This document shows positions 42,292 through 53,906 of a DNA stretch of 64,000 nucleotides, one piece after another. Under the pieces are notes generated by a model, which had not been told where the DNA came from, ran no database searches, and saw nothing but the letters and a program-made list of their open reading frames with translations. The DNA is from Longimicrobiales bacterium (GTDB lineage Bacteria > Gemmatimonadota > Gemmatimonadetes > Longimicrobiales > Gaopeijiaceae), in assembly GCA_965226375.1 (NCBI GenBank), contig CBDDCX010000007.1, positions 480,001-544,000 of the forward strand, read 5' to 3'. Each line of letters begins with the position of its first letter. Positions within the stretch are counted from its first letter, which is position 1. Both the position numbers and the translations under genes were made by a program.

Positions 42292-43622
42292 CGACCGGCG
42301 GCGGGCCGGGCGCCGAAGGCAGGCACTCCGAAGCGGGAGATCCCTATGTGCCTTCCGTGCACATTCGAGCACTCGGCTCCGACGGTGCCGGGGTAGGGGA
42401 TCTTCCCGACGGACGCGTCGTCTTCGTCCACCGCACAGCTCCCGGCGACGAGATCAGCCTGCGACTCACCCACCAGAAGCGGCGGTGGGCTCGAGGAAAA
42501 TTGTTCGAGATCCTACATGCGGCTCCGAACAGGACGGAGGCTGCCTGCCCGTACTACGCCAAGTGTGGTGGTTGTACGCTGCAACACATCTCGTATGAGG
42601 ATCAGCTCTCTTGGAAGGCCCGCTTCGTGCAGGACGCCTTGGAGCGAATCGGGGGGCTGGAGGTCACGGTCCCGCCCGTTGAGCCGAGCCCCGCCTCCCG
42701 GAGTTACCGTTCGCGTGTCACCTTCACCCTGCTCCGGCTCGCCGGAGGGCGCGTGGTGGCAGGCTTCCATCACCTGACCAACCCCAAACGCATCGTCGAC
42801 GTGGAGGACGGGTGCATCCTGCCCGATCCAGCCATCGCTACCACATGGACTCAACTACGTTCGGCCTGGGGGGACGCGGCACGGAGGCTTCCAGCGGGAC
42901 GACGCTTGCGTCTGACGCTGCGTGCCGTGGATGAGGGCGTGATCCTCGTGGTCGATGGTGGCAACGGCCCCGGTCGCGCGGACGTGCTTCTCAAAGAAGT
43001 CGATGGACTGGTGGCCGTCTGGAGTACGGACTCGAAGGGGATTCCACGCCTCTTGGATGGACAGGCCGTGGTTCATGAGACGCGGCTGGGCGAAGCGATC
43101 CGCACGAGTCCCACGACCTTCCTGCAGGTGAACGTGGAGGCCGCCGACGAGCTACAGCGTTGGGTTCATGAGGTCGCTCACGTCGAGTCGGGGACTCGTG
43201 TCGTGGATGCCTACTGTGGGGTGGGGCTCTACGGTCGGCACTTCGCGCGGGCCGGCGCTAGGGCTGTGGGTATCGAGCAGGATCCGCGGGCGGCCAAGAC
43301 CGCCGGAAGGGATGCACCGGACGGATACACGGTCCTCTCCGGCACCGTAGAAGAGTGTCTCTCTGAGGTTCTCCCGGCCGACGTGGCGATCTTCAACCCG
43401 CCGAGAGCCGGGGTGGACGCCAGGGTGACCGATATGCTCCACCATGGTGGCCCCGAGCGCATGATCTACGTGAGTTGTGATCCGGCGACGCTCGCCCGGG
43501 ACCTGGCACGGCTGCGTCTTGCCTACCAAGTCTCTGAGATCCGTGCCTTCGATCTCTTCCCGCAGACCTCTCATGTCGAGACGGTCGTGGTGCTCGAGCG
43601 GCGTGCGGAGGTAGAGGAATAG
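42288..43622 (+). CDS. RNA (uracil-5)-methyltransferase, RlmD/TrmA family with TRAM domain
   Basis: CPYYAKCGGC Fe-S motif, DAYCGVG, NPPRAG, YVSCDPATLARD, DLFPQTSHVE. Confidence 0.9.
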   Translation: MTTGGGPGAEGRHSEAGDPYVPSVHIRALGSDGAGVGDLPDGRVVFVHRTAPGDEISLRLTHQKRRWARGKLFEILHAAPNRTEAACPYYAKCGGCTLQHISYEDQLSWKARFVQDALERIGGLEVTVPPVEPSPASRSYRSRVTFTLLRLAGGRVVAGFHHLTNPKRIVDVEDGCILPDPAIATTWTQLRSAWGDAARRLPAGRRLRLTLRAVDEGVILVVDGGNGPGRADVLLKEVDGLVAVWSTDSKGIPRLLDGQAVVHETRLGEAIRTSPTTFLQVNVEAADELQRWVHEVAHVESGTRVVDAYCGVGLYGRHFARAGARAVGIEQDPRAAKTAGRDAPDGYTVLSGTVEECLSEVLPADVAIFNPPRAGVDARVTDMLHHGGPERMIYVSCDPATLARDLARLRLAYQVSEIRAFDLFPQTSHVETVVVLERRAEVEE

Positions 43623-43627
43623 GATCC

Positions 43628-44173
43628 ATGCGCTATTACGTCACCATCCGCGACACCACGTTCGAAGTCGATGTCGACGAGAGTGGAATCCGCGTCGACG
43701 GGGAGCCGGTGGAGGTCTCCGCGTTGCAGGTGGCGGGCACAGACGTACACTCCTTTCTGGTGGACGGTACGTCCCACCGCATCGTGGCCCGCCGTTCCGG
43801 CAAGGGAGACTGGGATCTCCACCTACGGGGCCGTCACGAGCGGGCCGAGGTGTTGGACGAGCACACCAAGACCATCCGGGAGATATCGGCCGCCCGTGCC
43901 GGTCCCCTCGGCCCACGGCCGGTGAAGGCTCCCATGCCCGGTCTGGTGGTCAAAGTGGAGGTCGAGGAAGGTGACCTGGTCGAGGTGGGAGAGGGCCTAC
44001 TCATCGTCGAGGCCATGAAGATGGAGAACGAACTCACAGCGGAGGTGCCGGCCCGGATCGGAGTCATACACGTGACCGCCGGTCAGGCGGTGGAGAAGGG
44101 TCAGATTCTCATGGACATGCTTCCGCCAGAGGCAGCGCCCGAGAGGGCAGAAGACAACGAGGACCACCGGTGA
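43628..44173 (+). CDS. Biotin carboxyl carrier protein
   Basis: APMPGLVV...EAMKMENE. Confidence 0.93.
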   Translation: MRYYVTIRDTTFEVDVDESGIRVDGEPVEVSALQVAGTDVHSFLVDGTSHRIVARRSGKGDWDLHLRGRHERAEVLDEHTKTIREISAARAGPLGPRPVKAPMPGLVVKVEVEEGDLVEVGEGLLIVEAMKMENELTAEVPARIGVIHVTAGQAVEKGQILMDMLPPEAAPERAEDNEDHR

Positions 44174-45729
44174 GCGAGGATTCACGAGACACCCGAATGC
44201 ACACCCAAAGCGGAATCGAAGTAGATCCTCTGTATGGAGGCGGCGCTCGTGATCTTGGACTCCCGGGGGAGTTTCCATTCACCAGGGGCGTCTATCCCGA
44301 CATGTACCGCGGCCGACTTTGGACCATGCGCCAATACGCAGGGTTCGGCACCGCCCACGAAACCAACCTCCGATACCACTACCTTCTCGAGCAGGGGACC
44401 ACCGGGCTTTCGGTCGCCTTCGATCTGCCCACGCAGATGGGTTACGACTCGGATCATGCGATGGCAGAGGGCGAGGTCGGTCGCGTGGGGGTCGCCGTAG
44501 ATTCCATCGAAGACATGAGGGTACTCTTCGAAGGCATCTCCCTGGATCAAGTGTCCACGTCCATGACCATCAACTCCACTGCCGCGGTGCTGTTGGCTCT
44601 GTACGTGGCCGTTGGAGACGAACGGGGCATTGCCCGGGGCGACTTGAGCGGAACCGTCCAGAACGACGTGCTCAAGGAGTATGTGGCACGAGGGACCTAC
44701 ATCTATCCAGTGGATCCGAGCCTTCGCCTCGTGTCGGACGTAATTGCCTTTTGCACCAAGGAAGTGCCGCGCTGGAATTCCACGTCGATCTCCGGTTACC
44801 ACATCCGAGAGGCCGGCTCGACCGCTCCCCAGGAGGTGGCCTTTACTCTGGCGAACGGTCTCGAGTACGTGGAGCGGGCACTTGCTGCGGGCATTCCGCT
44901 CGAAGAATTCGCTCCGCGGCTATCGTTCTTCTTTGCGGCACACAATGACCTGTTCGAAGAGGTCGCCAAGTTCAGGGCCGCCCGCCGCCTCTGGGCTCGG
45001 CTGATGAAGGAGCGTTTCAACGCCTCCGACAATTCTTGTAGGCTTCGTTTCCATACGCAGACCGGCGGCTCGACCCTGACGGCGCAGCAACCGATGAACA
45101 ACGTGGTCCGGGTGGCGATCCAGGCCCTGGCGGCCGTCTTGGGCGGGACTCAGTCGCTCCACACCAACGGGTTCGATGAGGCCCTGACCCTTCCCACGGA
45201 GGAGGCGGCGAAAATAGCGCTTCGCACGCAGCAGATCGTGGCACATGAGTCGGGGGTCACCCGCACGGTGGATCCCCTGGGCGGGAGCCATTACGTGGAA
45301 GCCCTTACGGATCAAGTCGAGGCCATGGCGACCGACTATCTCGACCAGATCGCCGAGCTGGGTGGGGCGGCCAAGGCGGTGGGGTTCATGCAGGATGAGA
45401 TCCACCGCTCGGCTTATGCCCACCAGATGGCGGTGGAAGCGCAGGAGCGGTTGGTGGTGGGTGTGAACGCTTTCACGGAAGACGACCCCCCGCAGGAGAT
45501 CAACAACCCGGACTTCTCGGCTCTCGAGGCCGCTCAGAAGGCGCGACTCGCAGAGTTGAAGAGTAACCGCGACTCCGAGAAGGCCTCTCATGCCCGGGAG
45601 GCGATCCGTTCCGCGGCTGGAGGGAGCGACAATCTGCTGCCGCCGATCATCGAGGCGGTGAAGGCCTCCGTCACGTTGGGAGAGGTCGGCGACGTCCTTC
45701 GTGAGGAGTGGGGCACCTACGACGCCTAG
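44170..45729 (+). CDS. Methylmalonyl-CoA mutase, substrate-binding (N-terminal) subunit
   Basis: [10 protein letters not shown] (Tyr specificity residue), [19 protein letters not shown]; no DxHxxG B12 domain. Confidence 0.92.
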   Translation: MSEDSRDTRMHTQSGIEVDPLYGGGARDLGLPGEFPFTRGVYPDMYRGRLWTMRQYAGFGTAHETNLRYHYLLEQGTTGLSVAFDLPTQMGYDSDHAMAEGEVGRVGVAVDSIEDMRVLFEGISLDQVSTSMTINSTAAVLLALYVAVGDERGIARGDLSGTVQNDVLKEYVARGTYIYPVDPSLRLVSDVIAFCTKEVPRWNSTSISGYHIREAGSTAPQEVAFTLANGLEYVERALAAGIPLEEFAPRLSFFFAAHNDLFEEVAKFRAARRLWARLMKERFNASDNSCRLRFHTQTGGSTLTAQQPMNNVVRVAIQALAAVLGGTQSLHTNGFDEALTLPTEEAAKIALRTQQIVAHESGVTRTVDPLGGSHYVEALTDQVEAMATDYLDQIAELGGAAKAVGFMQDEIHRSAYAHQMAVEAQERLVVGVNAFTEDDPPQEINNPDFSALEAAQKARLAELKSNRDSEKASHAREAIRSAAGGSDNLLPPIIEAVKASVTLGEVGDVLREEWGTYDA

Positions 45730-45855
45730 GGGTCTCGTCGGCGAATCGCACGGTGCGGCCACCCGGGCACTGGTCACACCCCGCTAAGCCGTTATTTTTG
45801 GCGGCTGTTGCGGGATTGTGTGGCCTGTTCATCCACGACCTGATACGACCTACTC

Positions 45856-46206
45856 ATGCCGACCTACGAATACCGGTGCCCAAAGGGACACGACTTCGAA
45901 CGGTTCCAGAGGATGTCCGACGACCCTGCCTCCGAGTGCCCGGAGTGTGGCGAGATGTCCGAGCGCCTGCTCTCTGGTGGGGCGGGCTTCATCTTCAAGG
46001 GTGAGGGCTTCTACATCACCGACTACCGGAGTGACGACTACAAGAAGGCCGCATCCTCCGACAAGGAGGGCGGTGCCTCGAGTGACAAGGGGTCCGTCGC
46101 TGCCAAGGACGGGTCGTCCAAGTCTTCGGAGTCGTCTTCTTCCTCCAGCTCCTCCAAGGACTCGTCCAAGTCCCAGGGGTCGTCGAAGTCCCCCGCCTCC
46201 GACTGA
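45856..46206 (+). CDS. FmdB-family zinc-ribbon protein with Ser/Lys-rich tail
   Basis: MPTYEYRC..GH, CPECG, FKGEGFYITDY. Confidence 0.9.
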   Translation: MPTYEYRCPKGHDFERFQRMSDDPASECPECGEMSERLLSGGAGFIFKGEGFYITDYRSDDYKKAASSDKEGGASSDKGSVAAKDGSSKSSESSSSSSSSKDSSKSQGSSKSPASD

Positions 46207-46233
46207 CCAAATCCAGACCCTAGCTCGAGCGCA

Positions 46234-47940
46234 ATGTCTCAGGAAGCCATACTAGCAGCCCTCGCTGACGTCCTAGAGCAGATGGGGGTCGCCGATGCGG
46301 TGGTACGTCTCGATCAGCCCAAGGACCCGGGTCATGGCGACCTCGCCACCAACGTGGCGCTCACCCTGGCCGCGACTTTGGGCAGACCGCCCCGTGAGAT
46401 CGCCCAGGAGATCGCGTCCCGCATCGAGACCGTTAACGCGGGCATCCAGGCCGTGGAGGTCGCGGGGCCGGGCTTCCTGAATTTCAGACTGAGCTCCGGG
46501 CAGGTGGCGGCGGGGCTGACCGAGCTGCTCGCCCAGGACGAGTCCTATGGACGCTCCAACGACGGAGAGGGTCGTCCGTTCATGGTGGAGTTCGTCTCGG
46601 CCAATCCCACGGGCCCTCTGCATGTGGGCCACGGGCGCCAGGGCGCGTTGGGAGACGCCATCGCCGGGCTTCTGGAGTGGACCGGCTGGGCCGTAGGGCG
46701 CGAGTACTATTACAATGACGCCGGCGCGCAGATCGACCGCCTCGGAGAGAGCGTATGGGCTCGGTACCAGCAGCACTTCGGTGACGACGTCGAGGTCCCC
46801 GAGGGCGGATATCAGGGTGACTACGTCACCGAGATCGCCGAGGAACTCGCCCGTGAGCACGGCGACCGCTTTCGGGGGAATGACAGCGACGAGACGTTGG
46901 ACCTCATGCGGGCCACCGCCGTCCGGATCCTTCATGAAGGGCAAGACAGGGACCTGGCAGACTTCCGGATTCACTTCGACGTGTATTTCCTCGAGTCGTC
47001 CCTCTATACAGACGGCAGGGTGGAGTCCACGGTCGAGGCCCTCCGTGAGACCGGTCATGTCTACGACCTGGACGACGCCGTCTGGCTCAGGACCACGGAA
47101 TTCGGGGACCAGAAGGACCGTGTGATGATCAAGAGCGATGGGTCGCCCACGTACTTTCTGCCCGACGTGGCGTACCACCTGGACAAGTGGGAGCGCGGCT
47201 TTGAGCACGTCATAAACGTCCAGGGAGCGGACCATCACGGGACCGTGGCGCGGATGCACGCAGGGGTGCAGGCTCTCGGTTTGCCGGAGGCCTACCCCGA
47301 GTACGTCCTCCATCAGATGGTGCGGGTGGAGCGAGACGGCCAGGAGGTGAAGTTCTCCAAGCGCTCCGGGTCATACACGACACTGCGGGAGCTCATGACG
47401 GAGGTGGGTGTCGACGTGACCCGGTATTTTTTCCAGATGCGGAAGCCCGAAGGACATCTGGTGTTCGACCTGAACCTGGCGCTGGACCAGTCCGATAAGA
47501 ATCCGGTCTACAAGGTGCAGTACGCCCATGCCCGCATGTGCAGCATCTTCAAAAAGGGCGGAGTGGATCGTGGAACGGTGACGGCCGAGGGCGTAGATCT
47601 CTCGGTGCTCCAAACGGAAGCCGAACGAGAACTGATCAAGCAGCTCGGGCAGTTCCCCGAACTGGTGCGGCGTTGCGCACAGCTGCGGGCTCCGCATCTG
47701 ATCTGTGACTACCTGGAGCAGACGGCGGGAGCGGTCAACTCCTGGTATCATGCGGGGAATCCGAGCCGTAACCCGAAGTTGGCCGTGCTGGTCGACGATC
47801 CGAATGTGCGGAATGCCCGGCTGGCCCTGGCTCGTGCCATCCAGATCGTGCTCCGGAATGGGCTGACCATTCTGGGCATCCTGGCCCCCGAGCGCATGGT
47901 TCGGGAGGCCGAGGAGTCCACCTCGAGCTCCGAGGACTGA
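46234..47940 (+). CDS. argS: Arginine--tRNA ligase
   Basis: VEFVSANPTGPLHVGHGR, GADHHG, FSKRSG, QYAHAR. Confidence 0.97.
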   Translation: MSQEAILAALADVLEQMGVADAVVRLDQPKDPGHGDLATNVALTLAATLGRPPREIAQEIASRIETVNAGIQAVEVAGPGFLNFRLSSGQVAAGLTELLAQDESYGRSNDGEGRPFMVEFVSANPTGPLHVGHGRQGALGDAIAGLLEWTGWAVGREYYYNDAGAQIDRLGESVWARYQQHFGDDVEVPEGGYQGDYVTEIAEELAREHGDRFRGNDSDETLDLMRATAVRILHEGQDRDLADFRIHFDVYFLESSLYTDGRVESTVEALRETGHVYDLDDAVWLRTTEFGDQKDRVMIKSDGSPTYFLPDVAYHLDKWERGFEHVINVQGADHHGTVARMHAGVQALGLPEAYPEYVLHQMVRVERDGQEVKFSKRSGSYTTLRELMTEVGVDVTRYFFQMRKPEGHLVFDLNLALDQSDKNPVYKVQYAHARMCSIFKKGGVDRGTVTAEGVDLSVLQTEAERELIKQLGQFPELVRRCAQLRAPHLICDYLEQTAGAVNSWYHAGNPSRNPKLAVLVDDPNVRNARLALARAIQIVLRNGLTILGILAPERMVREAEESTSSSED

Positions 47941-48866
47941 TGTCGATTCTCGTGGTAGGGAGTGTGGCGCTCGATTCTGTCGAGACGCCGTTCGGTACCG
48001 CCGAGCGGGTACTCGGAGGTTCAGCGGTTTTTTTCAGCGCGGCTGCAAGTCTATTTTGTCCGGTGCGGATTGTCGGTGTGGTGGGTGAGGACTATCCCCT
48101 GGAGCAACTGGATTTTCTCGCCGAGCGCGGGGTAGATCTGACGGGCATCGAGCGGGCTGCGGGAGAGAGCTTCTTCTGGGCAGGGCGCTATTCCTACGAC
48201 CTCAACTCCAGGGACACACTCGAGACCCGCCTTGGCGTGTTCGCCGACTTCAAGCCGCACATTCCGGATGAGTTCAAGGACTCCCGCTTCGTCTTCCTGG
48301 GGAACATCGACCCGGTGCTTCAGATCGATGTGCTGGACCAGATGCGTGCGCCCGAGGTGGTCGTCTGCGACACGATGAACTATTGGATCGAGGGGAGCCG
48401 TGAGGCGCTGCTCGAGCTGCTCGGGCGGGTCGACATTCTCATGGTGAACGACGCCGAAGCCCGGGAGCTTGCGGACGACCACAACCTTCTCCGTGCCGCC
48501 CGATGGATTCAGGAACGAGGACCGGAGCTCGTGGTGGTGAAGAAGGGAGAGCACGGGGCCATCCTCTTCGGTCCCGATTGGGTGTTCTTTGTACCGGGAT
48601 TTCCCCTCGAGGTCATCTTTGATCCCACCGGAGCCGGCGACTCCTTTGCCGGGGGTTTCCTGGGATATCTCGCGTCCATTCAGTCCCTCACGGCAGGAGA
48701 CTATCGACGGGCGATGGTGTACGGCTCGGCGATGGGATCCTTTGCCGTCGAGAGCTTCAGCGTCGAGCGCTTCCAAACGCTCGAGAACGGAGAGATCCTA
48801 CAGCGCATCATGGAATTCAAGGAAATGACCACCTTCGAGCATCAGCTACAGGAACGGCATGTCTGA
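47940..48866 (+). CDS. PfkB-family carbohydrate/nucleoside kinase
   Basis: VGSVALD, GGSA, DPTGAGDSFAGG. Confidence 0.9.
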   Translation: MSILVVGSVALDSVETPFGTAERVLGGSAVFFSAAASLFCPVRIVGVVGEDYPLEQLDFLAERGVDLTGIERAAGESFFWAGRYSYDLNSRDTLETRLGVFADFKPHIPDEFKDSRFVFLGNIDPVLQIDVLDQMRAPEVVVCDTMNYWIEGSREALLELLGRVDILMVNDAEARELADDHNLLRAARWIQERGPELVVVKKGEHGAILFGPDWVFFVPGFPLEVIFDPTGAGDSFAGGFLGYLASIQSLTAGDYRRAMVYGSAMGSFAVESFSVERFQTLENGEILQRIMEFKEMTTFEHQLQERHV

Positions 48867-49890
48867 GACCACGGGATTGGATTACCGCGCAGCGGGGGTG
48901 GATCTAGACGCCGCCGAGCGGGCCAAGGAGCGACTCAAATCTCTCGTGGCCGGGACTCGTGATGACAACACGTTGTCCGAGCTGGGACTCTTCGGGGGAC
49001 TCTACTCCGTGCCCGAAGGCGTGGACAGGCCGGTTCTGGTTTCCAGTGCCGACGGGGTGGGAACCAAGTTGAAGGTGGCGTTCCTGGCCGGCCGTCACGA
49101 CACCGTCGGCCAATGCCTGGTCAATCACTGCGTGAACGACATTCTGGTCCAAGGCGCCCGGCCACTCTTCTTCTTGGACTACCTGGCCTCGGGAGGCATG
49201 GACGAAGGGGTGGTCACGGATGTGGTCGGCGGGGTAGCCAAGGCGTGCAAAGAAAACGCGTGTGCGCTGCTCGGTGGCGAGACCGCCCAGATGCCCGACT
49301 TCTACGCGGCAGACGAGTACGATCTGGCGGGCTTCATCGTCGGGATCGTGGAGCGCGACAAGGTGCTCGACGGATCGCGCGTGCGGGTGGGCGATGTCCT
49401 CATCGGCCTGCCGTCTTCCGGGCTCCACACCAACGGGTACACGCTCGCCCGTAAAATCGTGTTCGACACCATGGGCCTGACCGTGGCCGACGAATTTCCC
49501 GGGTCGGAGCGGACGGTGGGCGACGTCCTCCTGGACGTGCACCGGAGCTATCTCGGGGTCCTGAAGCCTCTCCTCGAGACGGACACGATACGGGGTCTGG
49601 CCCACATTACCGGTGGCGGAATTCCCGGCAACGTCCCGCGCATCCTCGGAACGGAGCTCGGTGCACGGGTGGATCTCGCGTCCTGGGAGGTGCCCAACTC
49701 TTTCCGGGTGCTCGCAGAGGCCGGAAGGGTCGAGCGAGACGAGATGCTCAGGGTGTTCAACATGGGGGTCGGAATGATCGTCTTGGTCTCTCCCGGCGAT
49801 GCCGACGGCGTCCTGTCCGCCCTGCAGGAAGCGGGCACGGAGCCGTGGGTGATGGGAGAGGTGGAGGCTGGCGAAGGGGTACGGTGGTAG
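48859..49890 (+). CDS. purM: Phosphoribosylformylglycinamidine cyclo-ligase
   Basis: DGVGTK, VNDILVQGA.PLFFLDY, GGETA, SSGLHTNG, HITGGG, FNMGVG. Confidence 0.97.
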   Translation: MSETTGLDYRAAGVDLDAAERAKERLKSLVAGTRDDNTLSELGLFGGLYSVPEGVDRPVLVSSADGVGTKLKVAFLAGRHDTVGQCLVNHCVNDILVQGARPLFFLDYLASGGMDEGVVTDVVGGVAKACKENACALLGGETAQMPDFYAADEYDLAGFIVGIVERDKVLDGSRVRVGDVLIGLPSSGLHTNGYTLARKIVFDTMGLTVADEFPGSERTVGDVLLDVHRSYLGVLKPLLETDTIRGLAHITGGGIPGNVPRILGTELGARVDLASWEVPNSFRVLAEAGRVERDEMLRVFNMGVGMIVLVSPGDADGVLSALQEAGTEPWVMGEVEAGEGVRW

Positions 49891-50870
49891 TGAACCCGGC
49901 CTCGAGACTGTTCATCCTGGCGTGCGCCTTGGGATGGATGGGTTCTCAGGCAGCCGGCACTTCGGCTCAGGATCTGAGCGGGCTGGTGGACTCGTGTGCC
50001 GCAGGGGGCTCAGCCGCCCTGGTCGCCCCGTGTCAGAGCTCTGTTCTCGCTGCACAGGCCATCCGGGGTGGCGTCTCCGCGGCACATGCCATGGGGAGCG
50101 AGCTTGCGGGTATGTCCAGCACTCTGGGTCGGCGCTTGGGACGGACCCCCAGGGTCAGTCTCGATGCTCGATTCGGAGTCGCCGTCTTCGACATGCCCGA
50201 CATCTCAGGGGATGGGGCGGGGCTTCCGGGGCAGACAACCGTGACGGCGTACAGCATGAAGGCTACGGTCACGGCGGGAGTCCTGGACGGATTGTCGGTT
50301 CTGCCGGCCGTGGGAGGATTCCTGTCACTGGATCTTCTGGCATCGTTGAATCTCGTGCTTCTCCCGCAGGACGACGGATTCGCCGAGAACGTTGGGTTGC
50401 TCTCCGTGGGCGGCCGGCTGGGTCTGCTTCGTGAGTCGTTTACCATGCCCGGTGTCACGGCGTCCCTCGTCCAGCACTTTGGTGAGGATCTGAGTTGGGG
50501 AGGAGTAGGCGAGACGGGCGCTCAGGTGGACACCGACGTCACCACGACTTCATTCCGGGCTACGGTCGGAAAGGACCTGTTCGCCCTCGCCCTGCTGGTG
50601 GGGGCCGGCTGGGACTGGCAGAAGGGGGATTTTACCGCTCGGGTTACCGATCCGGGCGTGCCCGGAGCCCAGGGGCTGGTCGTTGCCCAGGACGTGACCA
50701 CACGTCGTCCCGTGTACTACGTGGGTGCATCGGTCATCCGACTCATCTTTCAACTCTCTCTAGAGGCGGGTTGGGCCGGAGGGTTCGATGACCTGGCAGG
50801 GTACCAGGGGGAGTACGACCCTGGAGGCATATCACCCTTCGCCAACCTGGCGTTCAGGCTCACCATCTGA
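49890..50870 (+). CDS. Hypothetical exported, probably outer-membrane beta-barrel protein
   Basis: Signal peptide ...TSAQ; alternating beta-strand pattern; C-terminal NLAFRLTI. Confidence 0.6.
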   Translation: MNPASRLFILACALGWMGSQAAGTSAQDLSGLVDSCAAGGSAALVAPCQSSVLAAQAIRGGVSAAHAMGSELAGMSSTLGRRLGRTPRVSLDARFGVAVFDMPDISGDGAGLPGQTTVTAYSMKATVTAGVLDGLSVLPAVGGFLSLDLLASLNLVLLPQDDGFAENVGLLSVGGRLGLLRESFTMPGVTASLVQHFGEDLSWGGVGETGAQVDTDVTTTSFRATVGKDLFALALLVGAGWDWQKGDFTARVTDPGVPGAQGLVVAQDVTTRRPVYYVGASVIRLIFQLSLEAGWAGGFDDLAGYQGEYDPGGISPFANLAFRLTI

Positions 50871-50903
50871 TGGACCCGACACTCCGATGAAGCCGACTTT
50901 CTG

Positions 50904-52016
50904 ATGGACGCCGCATCCCGGCTCGGCTCGGGGCGGGAGTGGCTGGTACGCGCTGCCGAGTTGGCGCGGCGCGGTTGGGGCCGAGTTCGACCCAATCCCA
51001 TGGTCGGATGCGTTCTGGTCAAGGACGGGGTGGTGGTCGGTGAGGGGTGGCATGAAGAGTTCGGGGGCCCCCACGCCGAGGTGAACGCTCTGACGGCAGC
51101 CGGAGAGGATGCGCGGGGCGCCACTGCCTACGTGACCCTGGAACCGTGTAACCACTTCGGGAAGACGCCGCCGTGTACGGACGCCCTCCTGGACGCCGGA
51201 GTGAGTCGAGTGGTCTACGGGGCCGCCGATCCGGGCGCCGAAGCGGCCGGGGGGCGTCATCGCCTCTCCATCGCCGGTGTGGAGATCTCGGGACCCTCTT
51301 CCGATCCTTCCGTGGGCCGCCACGTGGATCCGGCCTTCTTCCACACTACCGAGCACGGTCGCCCCTATCTCGCAGTGAAACTGGCCGTGAGCCGAGATCG
51401 ACGGATTTCGGCGGGGGTGGGAGAGAGAACCTCACTGACCGGAGAAGAGGCGAACCGGGAGGTACACCACCTGCGGAGCGGCTTCGACGCCATCATGATC
51501 GGTGCGGAAACGGCCCGGGTGGACGATCCACTCCTCACGGTTCGTCATCGGATCGAGGCACGAGTGGCGCCCACCCGCGTGGTCGTGGACTCCGCATGTC
51601 GGCTTTCGCCCGAAGCCCAGCTTCTTCAGACTGTCGATGAGGCGCCGCTCCTGGTTCTGGTCACGCCGGCGGCACCGCCGCAACGGGTTCAGGCCCTGGA
51701 AGGAGCAGGGGCTCGCGTCGTGGTGATCCCCGAAGACCACGGACGGGTGCACCTCGGGCAGGCGCTGCTTTCGTGCTGGGAGCGGGGGCTCACCTCCGTG
51801 CTTTGTGAGGGTGGAGGTGTCCTCGTTGGCGCGTTGATACGTGAAGGACTCGTGCAGCGGCTTTACCTTCTCGAGGCGCCTGTGTCGCTCGGGGACCAGG
51901 GGGTACCGGCATTCCCGGATACACCCGACATCCCCGCCGGGCCCGGCTGGCAGATGGTGGGCGAGCCGCGCCCTCTGGGGGCGGATGTCCTACTCACGTA
52001 CGATCGGGAGGTCTGA
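50904..52016 (+). CDS. ribD: Bifunctional riboflavin deaminase/reductase
   Basis: PNPMVG, HAE, TLEPCNH.GKTPPC, DDPLLTVR, EGGG. Confidence 0.95.
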   Translation: MDAASRLGSGREWLVRAAELARRGWGRVRPNPMVGCVLVKDGVVVGEGWHEEFGGPHAEVNALTAAGEDARGATAYVTLEPCNHFGKTPPCTDALLDAGVSRVVYGAADPGAEAAGGRHRLSIAGVEISGPSSDPSVGRHVDPAFFHTTEHGRPYLAVKLAVSRDRRISAGVGERTSLTGEEANREVHHLRSGFDAIMIGAETARVDDPLLTVRHRIEARVAPTRVVVDSACRLSPEAQLLQTVDEAPLLVLVTPAAPPQRVQALEGAGARVVVIPEDHGRVHLGQALLSCWERGLTSVLCEGGGVLVGALIREGLVQRLYLLEAPVSLGDQGVPAFPDTPDIPAGPGWQMVGEPRPLGADVLLTYDREV

Positions 52017-52612
52017 TGTTCAGCGGGATCGTCGAAGAAGTCGGGGTAGTCCGAGCGATCACGGAGCTCGATGGTGCCCGGGAGATCCGTCTCGAGGCCC
52101 GCACGATCCTCGAGGATCTCACACCCGGCGCGTCCGTCTCCCTGGACGGTGCCTGCCATACGGCCGTCTCTGTGTTGGACGACGGGTTTACGGTCCACAG
52201 CATCGGTACGACCCTGTCGCGGACCCTATCGTCGACCTACGCCGAGGGCAGTGTGGTCAATCTCGAGCGCTCACTGGCCGTGGGTACGCGTCTGGACGGA
52301 CACCTCGTGCAGGGACATGTGGACGGCGTGGGTGAGTTGGTCGCCATTTCGGATGAGGGCGAGTACCGGTTGCTCGATTTCCGTGTTCCGTCCGACATAG
52401 CTGCGCAGACGATCCTCCACGGATCCATCGCGATCAACGGGGTGAGCATGACGGTGAACGCGCTGCTCGAGGACGACATCTGTCAGGTCGGCATCATTCC
52501 GTTCACATGGGAGCACACGAACCTGGGACAGCTCGGCGTCGGCGACCCGGTCAACGTCGAGGGGGACATCATCGGAAAATACGTTCGGAGGATGCTCCCG
52601 GAAGGGGAGTAG
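52016..52612 (+). CDS. ribE: Riboflavin synthase
   Basis: [26 protein letters not shown]. Confidence 0.95.
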   Translation: MFSGIVEEVGVVRAITELDGAREIRLEARTILEDLTPGASVSLDGACHTAVSVLDDGFTVHSIGTTLSRTLSSTYAEGSVVNLERSLAVGTRLDGHLVQGHVDGVGELVAISDEGEYRLLDFRVPSDIAAQTILHGSIAINGVSMTVNALLEDDICQVGIIPFTWEHTNLGQLGVGDPVNVEGDIIGKYVRRMLPEGE

Positions 52613-52704
52613 CGCTATACTTGCTGTGCGCCGGCACGGCCCATTCGCTTGATGCAAAGCGGATCGACCGCACCGGGCTCAACGTCAACGAGGACTGCCT
52701 GGAA

Positions 52705-53904
52705 ATGCCGTTCGACTCCGTCGAAGCCGCCCTGGAGGACATCCGACAGGGTAAGATCATCATCGTCGCAGACGACGAAGACCGTGAGAACGAGGGAGAC
52801 CTGGTTTGCGCCGCGTCCCTGATTTCACCTCAGTCGGTGAATTTCATGACACGATTCGGACGTGGACTGATCTGTGTAGCGCTCACTCCGCCGCGGGCGG
52901 AGGAGCTGGGTCTGCCCATGATGACGGATGACAACACGGACCCCCAAGGGACCGCGTTCACCATCTCCGTAGATGCCCACCAACGCTTCGGTGTCACCAC
53001 CGGAATCAGCGCTCACGATCGGGCGAAGACGATCCAGGTACTGGTCGATCCAGACTCGCGTCCGGGAGATCTGCGACGTCCGGGCCACATCTTCCCCCTC
53101 AGGGCCCGCCCCGGAGGAGTGCTGCGCCGGGTCGGCCAGACCGAAGCCTCAGTCGATTTGGCCAGGTTGGCCGGTCTGCCGCCGGTCGGTGTCATCTGCG
53201 AGATCCTCAATCCCGATGGGACTATGGCCCGCCGACCCGAACTTGAGGCGTTCGCGGAGGAACACGGCCTCAAGTTCGTCACCGTGGCGCAGCTCGTGGC
53301 CTATCGATTGGCCAAGGAGCGCCTCGTCACCAGGCTCGCCGAGGCGGAGTTACCCACCGCATACGGTGACTTTCGCATCATCGCCTACGAGAACCCCCTC
53401 GACGATCGAGAGCACGTCGCGCTGGTAATGGGCGATATCGAAGGACAAGAGAACGTCCTGGTGCGTATGCACTCCGAGTGCCTCACGGGCGACGTGTTCG
53501 CATCGGCCCGCTGCGACTGTGGCCAACAGTTGGCGGCCGCCATGCGACAGATCGCCGAGGCCGGCCGGGGTGCCATCGTCTACCTGAAGCAGGAGGGGCG
53601 GGGGATCGGGCTCCACAACAAGATCCGCGCGTACGAGCTCCAGGATCAGGGTCACGACACCGTGGAGGCGAACCGAGCCCTGGGCTTCAAGCCGGACCTG
53701 AGGGACTACGGGATCGGCGCACAGATTCTCCTGGACCTGGGCCTGAACAAGATCCGGCTACTGACGAACAATCCGCGCAAGATCGTTGGTCTCGAGGGGT
53801 ACAGCTTGGAGATCACGGGCCGGGAGCCGCTCAACGTGGATCCAGGCGAACACAACGAGAAGTATCTGGATACGAAGCGGGCAAAGATGGGACATTTGCT
53901 CTAG
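52705..53904 (+). CDS. ribBA: Bifunctional DHBP synthase / GTP cyclohydrolase II
   Basis: [40 protein letters not shown]. Confidence 0.96.
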   Translation: MPFDSVEAALEDIRQGKIIIVADDEDRENEGDLVCAASLISPQSVNFMTRFGRGLICVALTPPRAEELGLPMMTDDNTDPQGTAFTISVDAHQRFGVTTGISAHDRAKTIQVLVDPDSRPGDLRRPGHIFPLRARPGGVLRRVGQTEASVDLARLAGLPPVGVICEILNPDGTMARRPELEAFAEEHGLKFVTVAQLVAYRLAKERLVTRLAEAELPTAYGDFRIIAYENPLDDREHVALVMGDIEGQENVLVRMHSECLTGDVFASARCDCGQQLAAAMRQIAEAGRGAIVYLKQEGRGIGLHNKIRAYELQDQGHDTVEANRALGFKPDLRDYGIGAQILLDLGLNKIRLLTNNPRKIVGLEGYSLEITGREPLNVDPGEHNEKYLDTKRAKMGHLL

Positions 53905-53906
53905 GA

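Noticed and set aside
46070..46206. Ser-rich low-complexity repeat
   Set aside because: Ordinary disordered tail typical of FmdB-family proteins.
50860..50910. FMN riboswitch upstream of the rib operon
   Set aside because: Only about 33 bp of intergenic space and no RFN motifs.
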